Assembly (NCBI RefSeq): GCF_020745735.1
Contig: NC_083419.1
Location: 63,522,135-63,586,134, forward strand
Reading direction: 5' to 3'
Length of the DNA stretch: 64,000 bases
Origin: Hemiscyllium ocellatum
Taxonomy: Eukaryota
Part shown: positions 24,971 to 38,759 of the stretch, piece after piece
Numbering within the stretch: position 1 is the first letter of the stretch
Layout: every line of letters begins with the position of its first letter
Made by a program: the position numbers and the translations under genes
Notes under the pieces: generated by a model
What the model saw: the letters and a program-made list of their open reading frames with translations, nothing else
The model's database searches: none
Told to the model about the DNA's origin: nothing

Positions 24971-26329
24971 CTACATACAGTTAAATGCAGTTTCCAACTC
25001 TCCCACTGCCAGAAAGAAACAAGAAGATGACAACTGCTGACATGAACAACAGAGTGGTTACCTGGTGTCACCAGTTCACTGCTTGCTCCTCTGCACCTCC
25101 ACCTTGGGCAGCAGTGCCCAACATCCCAGGGGACACTCCATGGGCAGCAAGCACCTGAACCCCTGGCCATGGAGGTTGGCATCAGACATATACCAGCCTC
25201 TTCACTCACTTATGACACATTTCCAACCCACTTACAATATAGAGCTGCACTTCAGTGCCACAGTGGATGGCACCAATACCTTTCATTCTAATACTGCTGC
25301 CAGGATATTTTGGCAGAGTTGTGGACAGGAGTAGGCTACAAACTCCTGATCTGGATCAGGGTGCATCGCAGAACTCCTTGTTCGCTCCCTGAGCATTCAT
25401 TCACTTTGTACCTGCTGAGTAGCTCCCACCATCTCTGCCTTGTCTTATGATGTTTTGCCCCCTCAGTCAGAGCTTAAAGACTCACAGTATGTCTGTCGTA
25501 CCTTGCAGCTTAGCGCAGGCATAAGATCAGGCAGCTGTTCCTGGTTGTTAGCAGTGATTAGTTAAGGAAGTATTGCTCTACTGAACCATGATACATCAAT
25601 CTCACACCTACACTGGGCACCAACAGCTTATAGATCAAATACATTGCATGTTCTTCAACCAAGTGCCCATGTCCCAATGTCAAAAAGTGTTAGAGTCATA
25701 GAATATGGAAACAGACCTTTCAGTCCAACTTGTCCATGCCATCCAAGTTTCCCAAACTAAACTAGCCCCTCTTGCCTGGCTGACTTTAGTCACATTTTCA
25801 TTTAAACATTCCAAAGTAACACAATGCTGGTTTGGTCCACGTTTGAGTCTTAGCTTGATTGGACTAATTACAAGGACAGACTGAAGGCAGAGATAGCCTG
25901 AAGCTGTGTCACTCATAGTTACACTCCAAACACACTCATTTGGCAATATTTATTATTTAACTCAGGAAACATCAAATATGTTTTTAACCATAACAGATTG
26001 TATCTCTGGGAATTACAGAGAAGGTGTCCTATAAACCCACATCGGAAAGGTCAAAACTTTGCACGGAGAATTCTAGTTATTTTCCTAAGAGCTCAGCTCT
26101 GAGAATCTCTCTAATGCTTCACAAAATGAACTTGCAACTTATTGAAAAGGTAAGTATTGGAATTATTGGAAGAAGGAACATGAGGTGTATTGTGTGCACC
26201 ATTAGTGGTGTGTAAATAGCCCAATAATTTGTGTGATAGACACAAGCTGCAAATTGCCATGGGTTGCTGGATTATTTGTGTTTCCCTACTATTATCCTCA
26301 AGATAAGATGGGTAATGAATTGGAAATGA

Positions 26330-27060
26330 GCAATGCCATGATAGGTAGGTAGGTAGGATAGCTCGTTAATGAGGTGTTTTTGGTAAGACATATTGAGAAA
26401 TCTTGCACAGCCTGGAAATGAGAATCCCTTCAAAAAACTCAACACGGCTTGCACTTTGCCAAAAAGATGAGTGGTAGATTCATCTCATTAGATGTAAGGT
26501 TTGAAAATGAGGATGAGATTTTTAAGCTCTTTGAGCCAATGTAGTTCATTCGGTACAACTGTGGTGGGTGAACTAGACTAGATCCAAGTCGAGAAATGGG
26601 CTTCAGAGTTACGGATGAGCTCAAGTTGATACAGCGTGCAAGTTTGGGATGGCCTTGAGAGCACAACATGAATGAAGGGATTGATAGTAGAAGAAATGAA
26701 GCGAGGATGAAGGTGCCCAATGCAATAGAAGTGCAAGTTAGAGGTTAAGAGGCTACGTAGGCTCAGCTCAGTATCAGAAAACCTGGTGAGCAATCATATA
26801 CTCAGCTTTGGACAGTGCTGGGAGGAAAGGGTGGACCTTGTCACTCATATCAAAAGCAATGGAGTACGTCTTCCCAATATTAAAATTGAAGGGAATTTTG
26901 TCCTTCTCACTGTTAGATATGAGATGAGCATCAGTCAAAGCAGAGACAGTGGTGGTGTTGGATGTTATTGGCATGCCTTTACAATGTGATGTGCTGCTGA
27001 AGATGTCTCTCAGGGGCCCGCATAGTTAGCAATAGCAGAGCAGGCCTAGGATATATCCTC
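26330..27060 (-). mobile_element. Old L2-like LINE fragment
   Basis: Decayed G.ILG.LL motif near 27050 and 'FILASFLLLS..' thumb-like residues. Confidence 0.5.
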
Positions 27061-29429
27061 GCTAGACTCCAGATTTACCAATGTGGAAGTGGGAAGCGAA
27101 TTCATTGCAAGTGATCCTCTGGCCACAATGGAATATATAAGAAAAAGCTCCACCCACCCACTGGGATATCAACTGGGAAAGAGTAGGACGTTCCGGGTGA
27201 GGGTGGCTTGACGTCATGATCCATGGGTCGAATGCTTGGGGGACACACATTGGAAGCATCTCTGACAAATAATCCAGCAACTTGTGCCAATGGGGGGGCT
27301 TTCAAACCTATCTCTCTAACCCTATCACCCGGGGATGGGGGATGTTTGATAACTGAAGAGAGTCTAATGTGTCAACCTACGGCCTCATATGGCCAATGGC
27401 AGGTGGGCTTCCCAATACCTTCCTTGAATTGCATTGCAATGGGTTTGGAGGGCAGGTTTGTAGTACTAGGAAAGGCATGTGGACAGGTACCAGGAAAGGG
27501 TGCTCATAGCTTTGTGTTTAATTTACTAACACCTACCTCATCCCCTCCCCAACATTACCCACTTCCTGTTAGCCCCAGGCAATTCACTCTCAGAGGAGTG
27601 TAAAATTCTGCCCCATATTTGAACCCATCCAAACAAAATTCTATTGAGGTCACTACACAAAATGGCTAGGATGATGAAGAAGTAGGTAATGTCTTGTGTT
27701 TCTTGGGACAATGATGTCTTATGTCCCATCGATAATGCAGGTGTGCTGAGGGAATCAGTGGAAATTAGGAACGTGCAGGAGGCCAAAATTAGGCATTTTC
27801 CAACTAACCCATTCAGAGATGTGATAACACATCTCTGAAGCAGGTGGAGTTTGATCCTGGGCTTCCTAGCTCAGAGGTAGGACACTACGACTACACCACA
27901 AGAACCATGTGTATCTTTCTGGACCTTTTTCCCTCTGACAGGAATCCTGTGAATTTTTTTTGGATCTTGGTGGTCCTCATAACTGGATATTGGAATACGT
28001 ATTTTAATCAAACTGATCAGAGATGTTATGACACACTTGTGATAACCCCTACAAGGTCCATGGAAAATCATTAATTAATGTCCCTATAGAGTTCATTGAG
28101 TATGAATTCCCTTGGTAATGGCCTTCCCAGTTGGAACTCATCACCTGAGCCCTTGAGAAAGCAGACCCAGCCTCTCCTTCTTGCAGCTCTCCCTCACCTC
28201 TGATAATTTGCATTGCTCTTATTGGGCTTTGCAAGTAATTGGCTACATTAATTGGCTACATGGGTGATTTACTGGTGGTAGTTAATAGAGGAAAAAAATG
28301 TCATGGTGATTTAGTGATGGGGAGAAAAAAATTCAGTTGTGTTTAAGAACAATTCTGATTGTAAAAAATAAAGGAATGAAGCAGACCCAGGAATGGGTAT
28401 GCAGAGCTGATTGTCTCAGGCTGGTACTAGCCTGTGTATGTCACAAGTAGTGGCTCCATTTTGGTGTTTAGCAATAAATGATGCTCCTTTCCAGTCAGGC
28501 TTCCTGAGATTCCTGGCTCAGACGTGAGGAGTGACTGAAACAACTACACAGACTGAACCGACGTGTTTCACCCCACCATCAAATTTACCACGGACTACTC
28601 TTAGGTGTCTATCTCATTCTTGGATACGTGCACCTCCATCAAGGTTGTGCACCTCAGCATCTCACTCTGCCGCAAACCCATGGATAATGTCACGATGCTG
28701 CACTCCTCTAGCTTTCCACCCAAAACATTTTGAAACAGCGCATACACAGAATCTGTTCGGATGAGGAAGAAAATGACGGACACCTGTAAGTGCTCAAGGA
28801 TGCCTTCATAAGTACAAGGTATGATGCTCAATTGGTTGACCATCAGTTCCGACATGCCACAGCGAGAAACTGTAATAACCTCCTCAGGAGACAGATACAG
28901 GATGCAACCAATAGGATACCCTTCATTGACCCGGGAGCTGAAGGACTATGCCATGTTCTTCGCAGCCTGCAACACATGATGATGAGGACGAGCACCTCAC
29001 CAAGACCTTCCTTACACCTCCACATTTTGCCTTTAAACAATCACCAAACCTCAAATAGATCATTGTTCGCAGCAAACTGCCCAGCCTTCAGGACAACATC
29101 GACCATGCACACTGTCAGAGTGTACGCAACAGATCCTCATGTGTCTCAGCCAACATTGTCTATCTCATACACTGCAGGCAAGGATGTCCCGAGGCATGGT
29201 ACATTGGCGAGACTGAACAGACGCTACGACCATGGATAAATTGACACTGTGCAATGATCCTTCCCAGTCAGAGAACAGTTCAGCAGTCTGGGAAATTTGA
29301 CCTCAGACCTCCGGGTGACCATCCTCCAAGGCAGATTTCGGGACAAGCAACAATGCAGAGTGGCCGAGCAGAGGCTGATACCTGTGGGGAAGGCCTCAAC
29401 TGGGACCTTGGGTTTATATCACACTACAG

Positions 29430-29680
29430 GTGACCCCACTACACTACACACACACACACACTCCTACATATTCATACACTCATGCAGACCCTCTCTCATA
29501 CACAAGCTCTCTCTCATATGCACACACATGCTCACCCCCCTGCACTCACCCCCAAGCACGCACCCTCTCACAGACTTATTACCTCATCACACTCACACAC
29601 ATACTTGACCAAGCTTACATACCCACATGCACATGCTCACTTTCACACACACACTCTGTCTCTTCTGCACACACACACAT
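29430..29680 (+). repeat. Degenerate (CA)n/(CT)n microsatellite within the Penelope 3' region
   Basis: Long cacaca/ctctc tract; gives the HT-rich spurious ORFs. Confidence 0.85.
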
Positions 29681-30085
29681 ATAAGTTTGTGGGGTGAATT
29701 TGCATTTGCAGAAATACTTTTTGTTTTGCTCAAAAACTGCATGAATCCATGTCAAGTTCTGTGGGCCCCACTTTAGAAATAGAATTGACTCAACATTGAT
29801 ACAGACTTTACCTTCACATATTTAATGCATTGTCTGAGCTGAGATGACACCTATTATTAGATAAGCTGATGCCGCCTTGAGAATGTAATTCTGGCATTTA
29901 AATATTAAGGAATCTAAACCACCATATCCCATTCTAAAAGATGACAGACTTAATGTAAATTTGTTTAAGAACTATAACCTGATGTTGTTTGATTTTTGAC
30001 TGACGTTGTTTAATATATCATTCCAACTCCATGACACTGCAACCTTTTGCTATAAATTCTGTGTTGTATGATCATGTTCCACAAC

Positions 30086-30120
30086 CACCTGATAAAGAGG
30101 CAGCACCTCGAAAGCTAGTG
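30086..30120 (+). ncRNA. Minimal hammerhead motif in Penelope 3' pLTR, core mutated
   Basis: cac CUGAUAA a GAGG-cagca-CCUC GAAA GCUA gug. Stem I CAC/GUG, palindromic AGCU; G8 to A breaks the C3-G8 pair. Confidence 0.65.
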
Positions 30121-32639
30121 CTTCCAAATAAACCTGTTGAACTATAACCTGGTGTTGTGTGCTTTTTAACTTTGTCCACCACAGTCCAATACCGGCATCT
30201 CCAAATCATGACTACCTAAGGAGGACAACATTAAGAAGTTTCAGACAAATGCAATGGGCTGAGAACCATCCAATCCTCTGGACCTCAGAGCAGAGGCTCT
30301 GGAGGTAGATTGTGATATCAATCATGTGACAAACTACTGTTGGTCAAAAGAAAGGATAGTCAAAGTGTCATAGAATGTCATTTGTAACTTTGATCAGAGC
30401 TGTTTCACGTTTGCAGCAAGGATAGGAATACGACTGAGAAAGTCAAATATGCGGCAGAATTCTCCTCTCCTCTGGGTGTGGGTTGGCTGGCAGCAGTGGA
30501 TAGAATGGCCATGTTAGTGAGGTTAAATGTGATGTCATGGACTCTTATCCTGATGCCTGGCAACTTTCCCCTAAGCCCATAGCAATTCTATATACAGCAA
30601 AGAAGACATGGGGCCCACCTGCCCTTGGGGCAAATGAATCCTAACATTTACTACAGCAGGGCATCCGCCAGATTCTTCCATATTTGGTTGAGTATAGAAC
30701 CAGTTTGAAGTCTGCCAGATCCTACTCCTGGGCAAGAAAAGGGATGGTGCTTCTTTATTGGTTGCCTGAAAATGTCGAGGCTCAACCAAAGTGTTCCTCC
30801 GGCCGTAAACTCTCTCATCCTACTGTGGCCCTGCCATGAGCATCACATGTCCCCTTTCCTCTTCTCTTCATCCAGAATCAGCAATGGTCCTCTGAGGGTG
30901 GTCAAATGTAGTTCCACTAACAGACACCAATTCCAGTGGCGCTGCTGGAATCATTCGATGGGCCGGCAGCTCTTGGGAGTGGGCTTCCTTTCAGATGGAG
31001 ATGAAAGCCTTGCCTCAAAACCGCTAAATGTAAATTGGCTGCAGGGCCACCTATCATTGAAGAAGCATGCTCCGCACAGGCATTCCTGCCAAGATATTAG
31101 CTCCATGGGCAGGACCTAATGGGAAATATGGACACAGATTTTGGCAGTGTTTGCAAGTTCAATGCTTTTAGATTTGTACTGCTTAGTACTTCATAAAAGA
31201 GTGCAGACATGATTGAATATCCGAATCTAACTGACAATGGGAAATTTTTAGTTTCATCGACAGTTGGTGTTATCTGGCGGTATTGGTGGCTTCTGCATTG
31301 GTGAGGTCCAGTCAGGACTCGTAGTGGTGAGGGCATTGGTGGAGACAAGATGACACCAAAGAGTGGCAACTTTCATTCCAGTGGCAGTGACGAGGTGAAT
31401 GGGACTTGTGCCTGGCCCCAGGCCCACCGCCCATGATGGAGTATTTAACAAGATGGACTGTAAAGATGAGCATTCTTTATTCATTCATGTTTCTGCCTTT
31501 AGTTTCAATGCTTTGGTTTATTTTCTTTTTAAAATTGTAGTGGAGAGTGAAGACATTATAACCACACTTTTCACTGTTACAAAATACATGTGGCTCTGAA
31601 CTAATCAAATCAAACAATCCAATTCAAGTTAAGGATTTCATCCAGCACTAGGTAGCAACAAAACACCACAATCCTGTGCTTTGTTAAGGAGGAGTTGAAT
31701 TTGTTTGTGGAAAATAACTAGAAGATTTTACTTCTGCATACAATCTAGCACACAACTGATACATGGATTCTCAAGTTAACAGCCTCTAAATTTCATGAAG
31801 CTTTCCACACTTTCAGTGGCAGGAAAGGTATGTTATGTGATCAGTTATACTTGTTGAACTGAGGACAAACCAGAAGATATCAGTTGTTTTTCACAGCATC
31901 AGCCCTCCCCTCTAAGATTCATTGTGCAAGAAGTTGCTGTCTAATTGTATTTACTGACACTTACATTTCTTTTTATAACTGAGATATTTCACATGGTCAT
32001 ACAACAATTCAGTCCACACTGTTAGGTAAACAGAAATACTCCATTCCAAGACTTGACTTCTCTGGAGAAGTGATGATTTAGTAATGAAAGAGTAAAAGCT
32101 CCACACGTTTGGAAGGATGTCAAGACCTCAGAGAGAATGAAAAGGAGATTTTAGGAGATGACGGGTTTTGAAACATAAACAAGCAGAACCTTTTTCTATT
32201 AGCAGGTCCAAAGAACATGGATTTAAAGTTAAAAAAATCACAGCAGAGAATGCAAATTCTTTTCTGTGTCACTGTTAAGACCTGGGAAATATGACTTGAA
32301 AGTTTGGAAATAAATCCAACAGGTACTGTCAAATTGGATAAATAGGTAATGGAAGATAATTGCAATACTGTGAGGAAAGAGCAGAGGGAAATGAACTTAC
32401 TAGATATCACTTTCAAGGATGCATAACGGTCTCTTTGTAAGTTATTTCTACAATTCTGGGTGACTGACACCATTCTACTAATTCTCAATACTTCAATGTT
32501 ATCAAAAATTGTGCTGGCTATGCATATGCACTGAGGACAGGAACAGCTAATTAGACACTCAATGCTGATGTGGTACTCACATTCTTGCAGTTCTTTAATC
32601 TTCATCAGTCCCAATTCATCTTCCAATCGGTGTGGTTTA

Positions 32640-32997
32640 GGGGAGACAATGGCCTAATGATATTACCACTAGACTATTAATCTAGAGACCCACGTAAGGA
32701 TACCTGGGTTCAAATCCCACCGTGGCAGATGTTGGAACTTGAATTCAATAAGGAAAAGAAAATCTGGAATCAAGAGCCTACTGATGACCACGAAACCATT
32801 GCAGATTGTCAGGGGAAAAAAAAACATGTGGTTCACTAACGTCCTGTAGGGAAGGAAACTGCCATCCTTACCCGGTCTGGCTTAATTGCGGCTCTGGGCC
32901 CACAGCAATGTGGGTGACTCATAACTGCCCTCTGGGATGGACAATAAAATGCTGGCCTAGCCAATGACATCTATATCCCCTGAATGAATAAAAAACA
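32640..32997 (+). mobile_element. Second tRNA-derived SINE family (tail shared with the 21530-type LINE)
   Basis: B-box ggttcaaatccc, core gatgaccacgaaacc...gggaaggaaa, tail aataaaatgctggcctagcc...(tgaa)n. Other copies at about 4810-5025, 9610-10370, 39890-40080 and 52765-53080 (minus). Confidence 0.8.
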
Positions 32998-33530
32998 TAA
33001 TGCAATATTGATGTTGCTGAATTGGAAAGCGATAGGGGAACACGTTGTAATTCTAAAGTAGCTGTACATGAGCAGTTAGTGTAGAACCACAACTCCATTG
33101 AGAAATCCATTGGTTTTCAAGGCAAACCCACCATATTAATGTGGTGTGCTGCACAATCACACAATGTTCAGTTCATTGTCAGTACTCAATGCACTGGCAC
33201 CAATGTAAACACAATCTGTAGTATTTACAGGATCACTGACACTCCTGCTGGACTCCTGACTGTTCACAAATTCCACAGTTACATTTTTGTGGTCCTCTTC
33301 ATATACTCCACCAAACTATGCAAAGAACTTGGTAACTTAAGACTAGTTTGAAATTCAGTCCCTCAACTGGCAAAACCTTTTAAAAAAAGCTGGAAGCCAC
33401 AGAGCAAGTAATACACCATTTTCAAAGCATGCCTTCTCCATCCTGCTCTGACGAAGCAATATTAACTCCTTGAAAGAATACAAATAAACTCTTAGTTTAC
33501 TCAACTTAAAAGATCGAATTGAGAACTTAC

Positions 33531-33800
33531 ATGTGCAAGCTATCTTCTCTGGGCCTAAGCCGAACAGCAATGCTGTGCAGTATATCTGTGCAGTACAGGT
33601 AAAGCAGCTGTGGAAGTGAATGCTTCCAGGAGCAGCTCAAGCGTACATGGAATGTCGACAGTGTGGGCAAAGGGCACTGAAAGGAGTTGCAGCTAGAGCC
33701 GGAGCTGCCTGGTGCTGAATCATTCACAGTACCATCGAGCAGTCACTTTTCAGCTCATTTCAGTTTGCTTTCACATCAACAACCACACCTACCCAAGCAG
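33531..33800 (-). promoter_or_regulatory. Candidate first exon / promoter of ATP6V0A4
   Basis: Repeat-free, slightly GC-richer block ending in minus-strand donor cat|gtaagt (33531/33530). The 5' limit is a guess. Confidence 0.3.
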
Positions 33801-34384
33801 CAGTGAACTTGCAGCTATACACAGTTATCCACCCCTGAGGAGGAGGATTCTTGAAGAAAGGGACAAAAAAAAAATCAGCTTCACTTCGTCACCTGAACAT
33901 ATTGCAAAGCCCACACCGACCAATTCAACCGTATTTCTATTCAATCAGACCTACATTTGTTGCTCAACCCTAACTGCCCTTGAACAGAGAGGCTTGCTCA
34001 GCCATTTCAGAGGGCAATTATGAGTCAACCTAAATTGCTGTGTGTCTGGAGTTACGGGTGGCTACGCTAGGTTCACTAATGTCCTCTAGGAAAGGAAATT
34101 GTTGTCCTTATTTGGTTTGACCTAATTGTGGCTCTGGACCCACAGCAATGTTGATGACTCTTACCTGCCCTCTGGGATGGGTAATAAAATGCTGGCCTAG
34201 CCAATGATGTCCACATCCCCTGAATGAATAAAAAACATAACGCAATATTGATATAGATTTCTTGCCCTAAACAATGTTACTGAACCAGATGAGACCTTGC
34301 AATAGCAATGATAGTCGTGGTCTCCATGACTGGGATTGGTCTTGTATAATGGATTTATTGATTTACAACACTGGCATCTGCCTG

Positions 34385-35655
34385 GCAATGCGGGAAATGG
34401 AGGACAAATCCAAGCCAAACAATTATCGCCCCATCAGTCTACTCTCGATCATCAGTGAAAGGATAGAAGGTGCCATCAACAGAACTCTCAAGCAGCACCT
34501 GCTTAACAATAACTGCTCAGTGATGCCCAGTTCCACCAGAGTCACTCAGCTGCTGACCCCATTACAGCTTTGGTTCAAACATGGACAAAAGAGCTGAATT
34601 CCAAAGGGGAGGTGAGAGTGACAGTCCTTGATATCAAGACTGCATTCAATCGAGTGTAGCACCAAGGAGCCCTAGGAACATTTGAATTACTAGGAACCAT
34701 TGGGGAAAATTGGCCACTGGCACAAAGGATGATCAGGACATCTCCCAAGTGTTCTTCAGGGTAGTGTCCTAGGTTCAGCCATCTTCAGCTGTTTCATTCA
34801 TGACCTTCCCCCCATCATATGGTCAGAGTGAGGATGTTCACTGTTGATTACACAATGTTCAGCACCACTTGTGACTGAAGAGTCCATGTTCAAATGCAAC
34901 AAGACCTCGACAATATCCAAGCTTGAACTGATAAGTGGCAAGTAACATTCAGGCGACACAAATGTCAGGCAATGACCATTCCAAGAAGGTACAACTTAAC
35001 CATCGCCCCTTGGCGTTCAATTGCATTGACATCTTGGAGTTACCTTTGAGCAAAAACTGAACTGGATACACATAAACACAGCGGCTACAAGAGCAGGTCA
35101 GAGGATAAGAATATTGCATTGAGTAACTCACTCCTGACTCTTCAAAGCCTGATAAGCATCTACAAGGTGCAAGTCCAGAGTGTGATGGAATACTTCCCAC
35201 TTGCCTGGATAATTGCTGCTCAAACTACACTGAAGAAGCTTGACACTATCCAAGACAAAACCCCCAAATTGACTGGTACCTCATTCACTCCTATTGTTGC
35301 TGATGCTCAGTAATAGCTATATATACCAGCTATGTGGTGCAATGCAGAAATTCACTGAGGCTCCTTGACCAGCACTGTCCAAACCCATGACCACTTCTAT
35401 CTAGAAGAGCAAGGGCTGCAGACAGAGAGGAGCTCTGCCACTTGCAAGTTCTCCTCCAAGCCAATTACCATCCTGACTTGGAAATATATCACCATTCCTT
35501 CACTGTCGCTGGGTGAAAATCCTGGAACTACCTGCTTAATGGTATTCGAGTCTACCTCCAGCACATGGACAACAACAGTTCAAGAAGTCAGTTCACCACC
35601 ACTTTCTCAAGGGACAGGCAATGAATACTGGCCCATGTCCCACAAGAGAATAAAA
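34385..35655 (+). mobile_element. Decayed CR1/L2-clade LINE (same family as 21530)
   Basis: DKSKPNNYRPISLLSIISE; QGSVLG; IYKVQVQSVMEYFPLAW. Confidence 0.85.
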
Positions 35656-36874
35656 GGAGAATCCATATTCCACCAGCTGGCGTAGTGGGATTTGAACCCA
35701 AGAGTCCATAGCTTTACCCTGAATCTCTAGATTACTAATCAAGTGGCATTATCACTACAATGTTGTCTTCTTCGGTACTCTTGAATAAAGTACTTTTGAA
35801 GTGTAGTTACCATTGTAATATAAGAAACATTGCTGCTAATTCGCATAGAACATAGGCTCAGAAATTACAATTTGGTCATGACCAGGCAATCTATGTCATT
35901 GATGCTGGTTGAGGGAGAATATTAGCCAGGATATGTCTCAGTTCTTCTTTGATAAAGTGCCATTAGTCTTCTACATCCAGTCAAGAGGGCAAACAGAGTC
36001 TTGGTTTATCATCTCATCAAGGAGAGAACACCTCTAGTGGAACAACATTCCCTCACTATTGCATTGAGTGCCAGCCTTGAATATTTTGCTGGTGCCTTAA
36101 AGTGAGGTTTGAACACTATTCTTCGAGCACAGAGATGAGAGCACTGTCAATTGAGCAACGGCTGAGAAGGGCCTGAGAGGACAGATGGCATACCCCAATC
36201 ATGTAGACATAAGAACTAAGAACAGGAGTAGACCATCCTCCTGAGCCCCTTGAGCCTCCTCAGCCATTCCATGAGATCAATCGTTGATCTCAACCTCACC
36301 TTCCTTCATGGACCCCTCGATTTCCTCAGTGTCCAAAAATCTATTGATTGTCTCGTCCTCCTTCCCATCTTGAATGTGTTTTTCTTCTGAACATCCACAA
36401 CCCTCTAGAGTAGAGAATTTCAAAGAGAATTCAGAAGCCTCTCAGTGAGGACGTCTCTCCTCAGCCACATCCTAATTGGCTGATCCATTTATCCTAAGAC
36501 TTTGGGGAGAGGGGTTAGTTAAATTGCTTAGCCCCTGAAGATGGATGTTGGATTGTGATACATGATTAACTTACATCCTGTGAATAGGATGCAGGTAGTA
36601 CACAACTCACTGCCATCTACTCATTATAACAGTTTAAGCATACAATTGATAGCACCCACGCTGTACATTAGTTGCAGTCACCAACAGAGAGCCCTATATA
36701 TCCCACAGTACTTAAAGCTAGTCTATATCACTTTTGGAGGTTTCTATCTGAGACTTTTAAATGAAATAGTGAGAACATTGGGGTGCCTTAACGATAATCT
36801 TCCCAGGCTTTCTCTGGATTCGGCAAATATCCTTTCAGTTTAGAAGATTGGACTTCAGGTTGAGACAGTAATTA

Positions 36875-37512
36875 CAGTTGAGGTTTTTGTTACATGTGGA
36901 CAGGGCAGTTAAGAAGACTATTGAGAATAGGAGTTGGAACGTCATGTTGAGATTGTACAGGAGCTTCTTCTGGAATACTGTGTCTAGTTCAGGTCTCCCT
37001 GCTATTGGAAGAATATTATTAAGCCGGAGAGGGTTCAGAAGATATTTATCAGGATGCTGCTAGGAATGGAGGGTTTGAGTTATAAGGAGAGGCTGGATTG
37101 GCTTGGATGTTTTTCACTGGGGTGTAGGAGGTTAAGGGATGACCTTATAGAGGTTTTTAAAATCATGAGGGGTATAGATAAGGTAAATGGCAGGGTCTTT
37201 TCCATAAGGTTGGGGATTTCAAGACTAAAGGGTGTACTTTTAAGGTGAGAGGCAAAATATTTTAAAAGGACACGAGGGGCCACATTTTTACCCAGAGAGT
37301 GGTTTGTGTGTGAAATAAACTTCCAGAGGAAGTGGTGGATACAGGTACAGTTACAATGTTTAAAAGACCTTTGGATAAGTATGTGAATAGAAAATGTTTG
37401 GAGGAATATGGGCCAGTAGCAGGCAGTTGGGAGTAGTTTAGTTTGGGAATATGGACAGCACGGACTGATTGGACCGAAGGGTCTGTTTCTGTTCTGTATG
37501 ACTCTATGACTC
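36875..37512 (+). mobile_element. CR1 LINE 3' end
   Basis: GLSYKERLDWLGCFSLGCRRLRDDLIEVFKIMRG; (gactctat)n tail. Confidence 0.9.
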
Positions 37513-38759
37513 TGCAGACCCAATTAGCTTAACATCCGTTATCAGGAAATTACCATGGTCATCTTTCCCACTGATGGTCTCTCTGCAGAAATAACAGGAC
37601 TGTCAATGGGTCAGAATCCAGTGGGATATGTAATAGACTTTGCCCTGTCTCTAACTTGGATTCAACTCTAACCTGCGGGTTGTGAGAGGGCCACCGGGGC
37701 ATGGCATGAGTTACAAAAGGTCAGTTGGTGTTGGATCTGAGGCTGCATCAACAGGAGGAATACAGAGGAGAGAAAGGAACAGGAGCGGTTCCCTCTTCTT
37801 GGTGCCTTACCCAAAGCTCCTGCTGTGGAAACAGAATGGATGTACTGAGATGAGCTCTCCCAGAATCAGAGAGAGAAGACAACCTCTCCAATTTATGGAG
37901 GTGCAAATGGATGTGGCAGAGGGAGTCAGCAACAGGGTCATGCTCTTCCCAAACTGGAGGCAGTGAAACCAAGAGGATTGAGGATTTCAAAAGGTTGGGA
38001 AAGAACATGGCACTAACACTCTCCTGAACACTACCTCCTATGCCTGTTGAACATTTACACAGCCACAGTTTATTGACCCCTTTCACCCATGCCTCACGGT
38101 TACTCTCCATTAACATTGTCCTTCCCTGCTGTACATATAAGCTGATTCAGCGATGCACAATACTCTGCTTTCCCTCCTTGCAGGAGAGAGCACACAACCT
38201 CAAGGAGAGTCAAAAGCCTGGGGTTGGTTCTCTAAATGACAGACACTTTATCGGCCACCGGTCACACATGCTGAATTGGTCCATTGAGAAGCCCGTTCCT
38301 TGCAGGAGTCTACAGGTATCAACAGCTAGAGCTAGCCATGCCAGCCTAAGGCACTGGTGCTCAGACAAGTTCAGAGCCTGTAGATGCTGTGCTAGAAGTA
38401 AAGGTGAGGATCTTACCTGGCCTGGCTCTTACCTGGTTAAAGCTCTTCAGTTTCACTGTTCAAAGGCTTCTCAGTGTGTCAGTTTCATTAAAGCATTCCT
38501 GACCAGTCACTGACAGCTCGAGAAATAGGTTCCTCTGCCTCTTCAGTGCAAAATCCTTGGTGAAAGCAGCATGCAATTACCTGTTTGAGTATTTAAGTGA
38601 CACTGATGGTTGTGTCTGACATTCAAACCGGCCCACGTGATACATGGAAGATGTCGAGAGCCTTTTTTGCAGGGATTTAGTTTTATGTATGGACCCGAAC
38701 CCATATTCACTTGCCAATGAGAATTTCCCACTTGAGATTTTTTTATTAAGAATTATTGT

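Larger units (their letters stand above)
28530..30212 (+). mobile_element. Penelope-like element (5'-truncated, frameshifted): RT C-terminus, GIY-YIG endonuclease, (CA)-rich tract, pLTR
   Basis: HPTIKFT..SFLD and IHRICSDEE..LKDAF RT/thumb motifs; 'ANIVYLIHCRQGCPEAWYIGET' GIY-YIG motif; terminal hammerhead. Confidence 0.9.
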
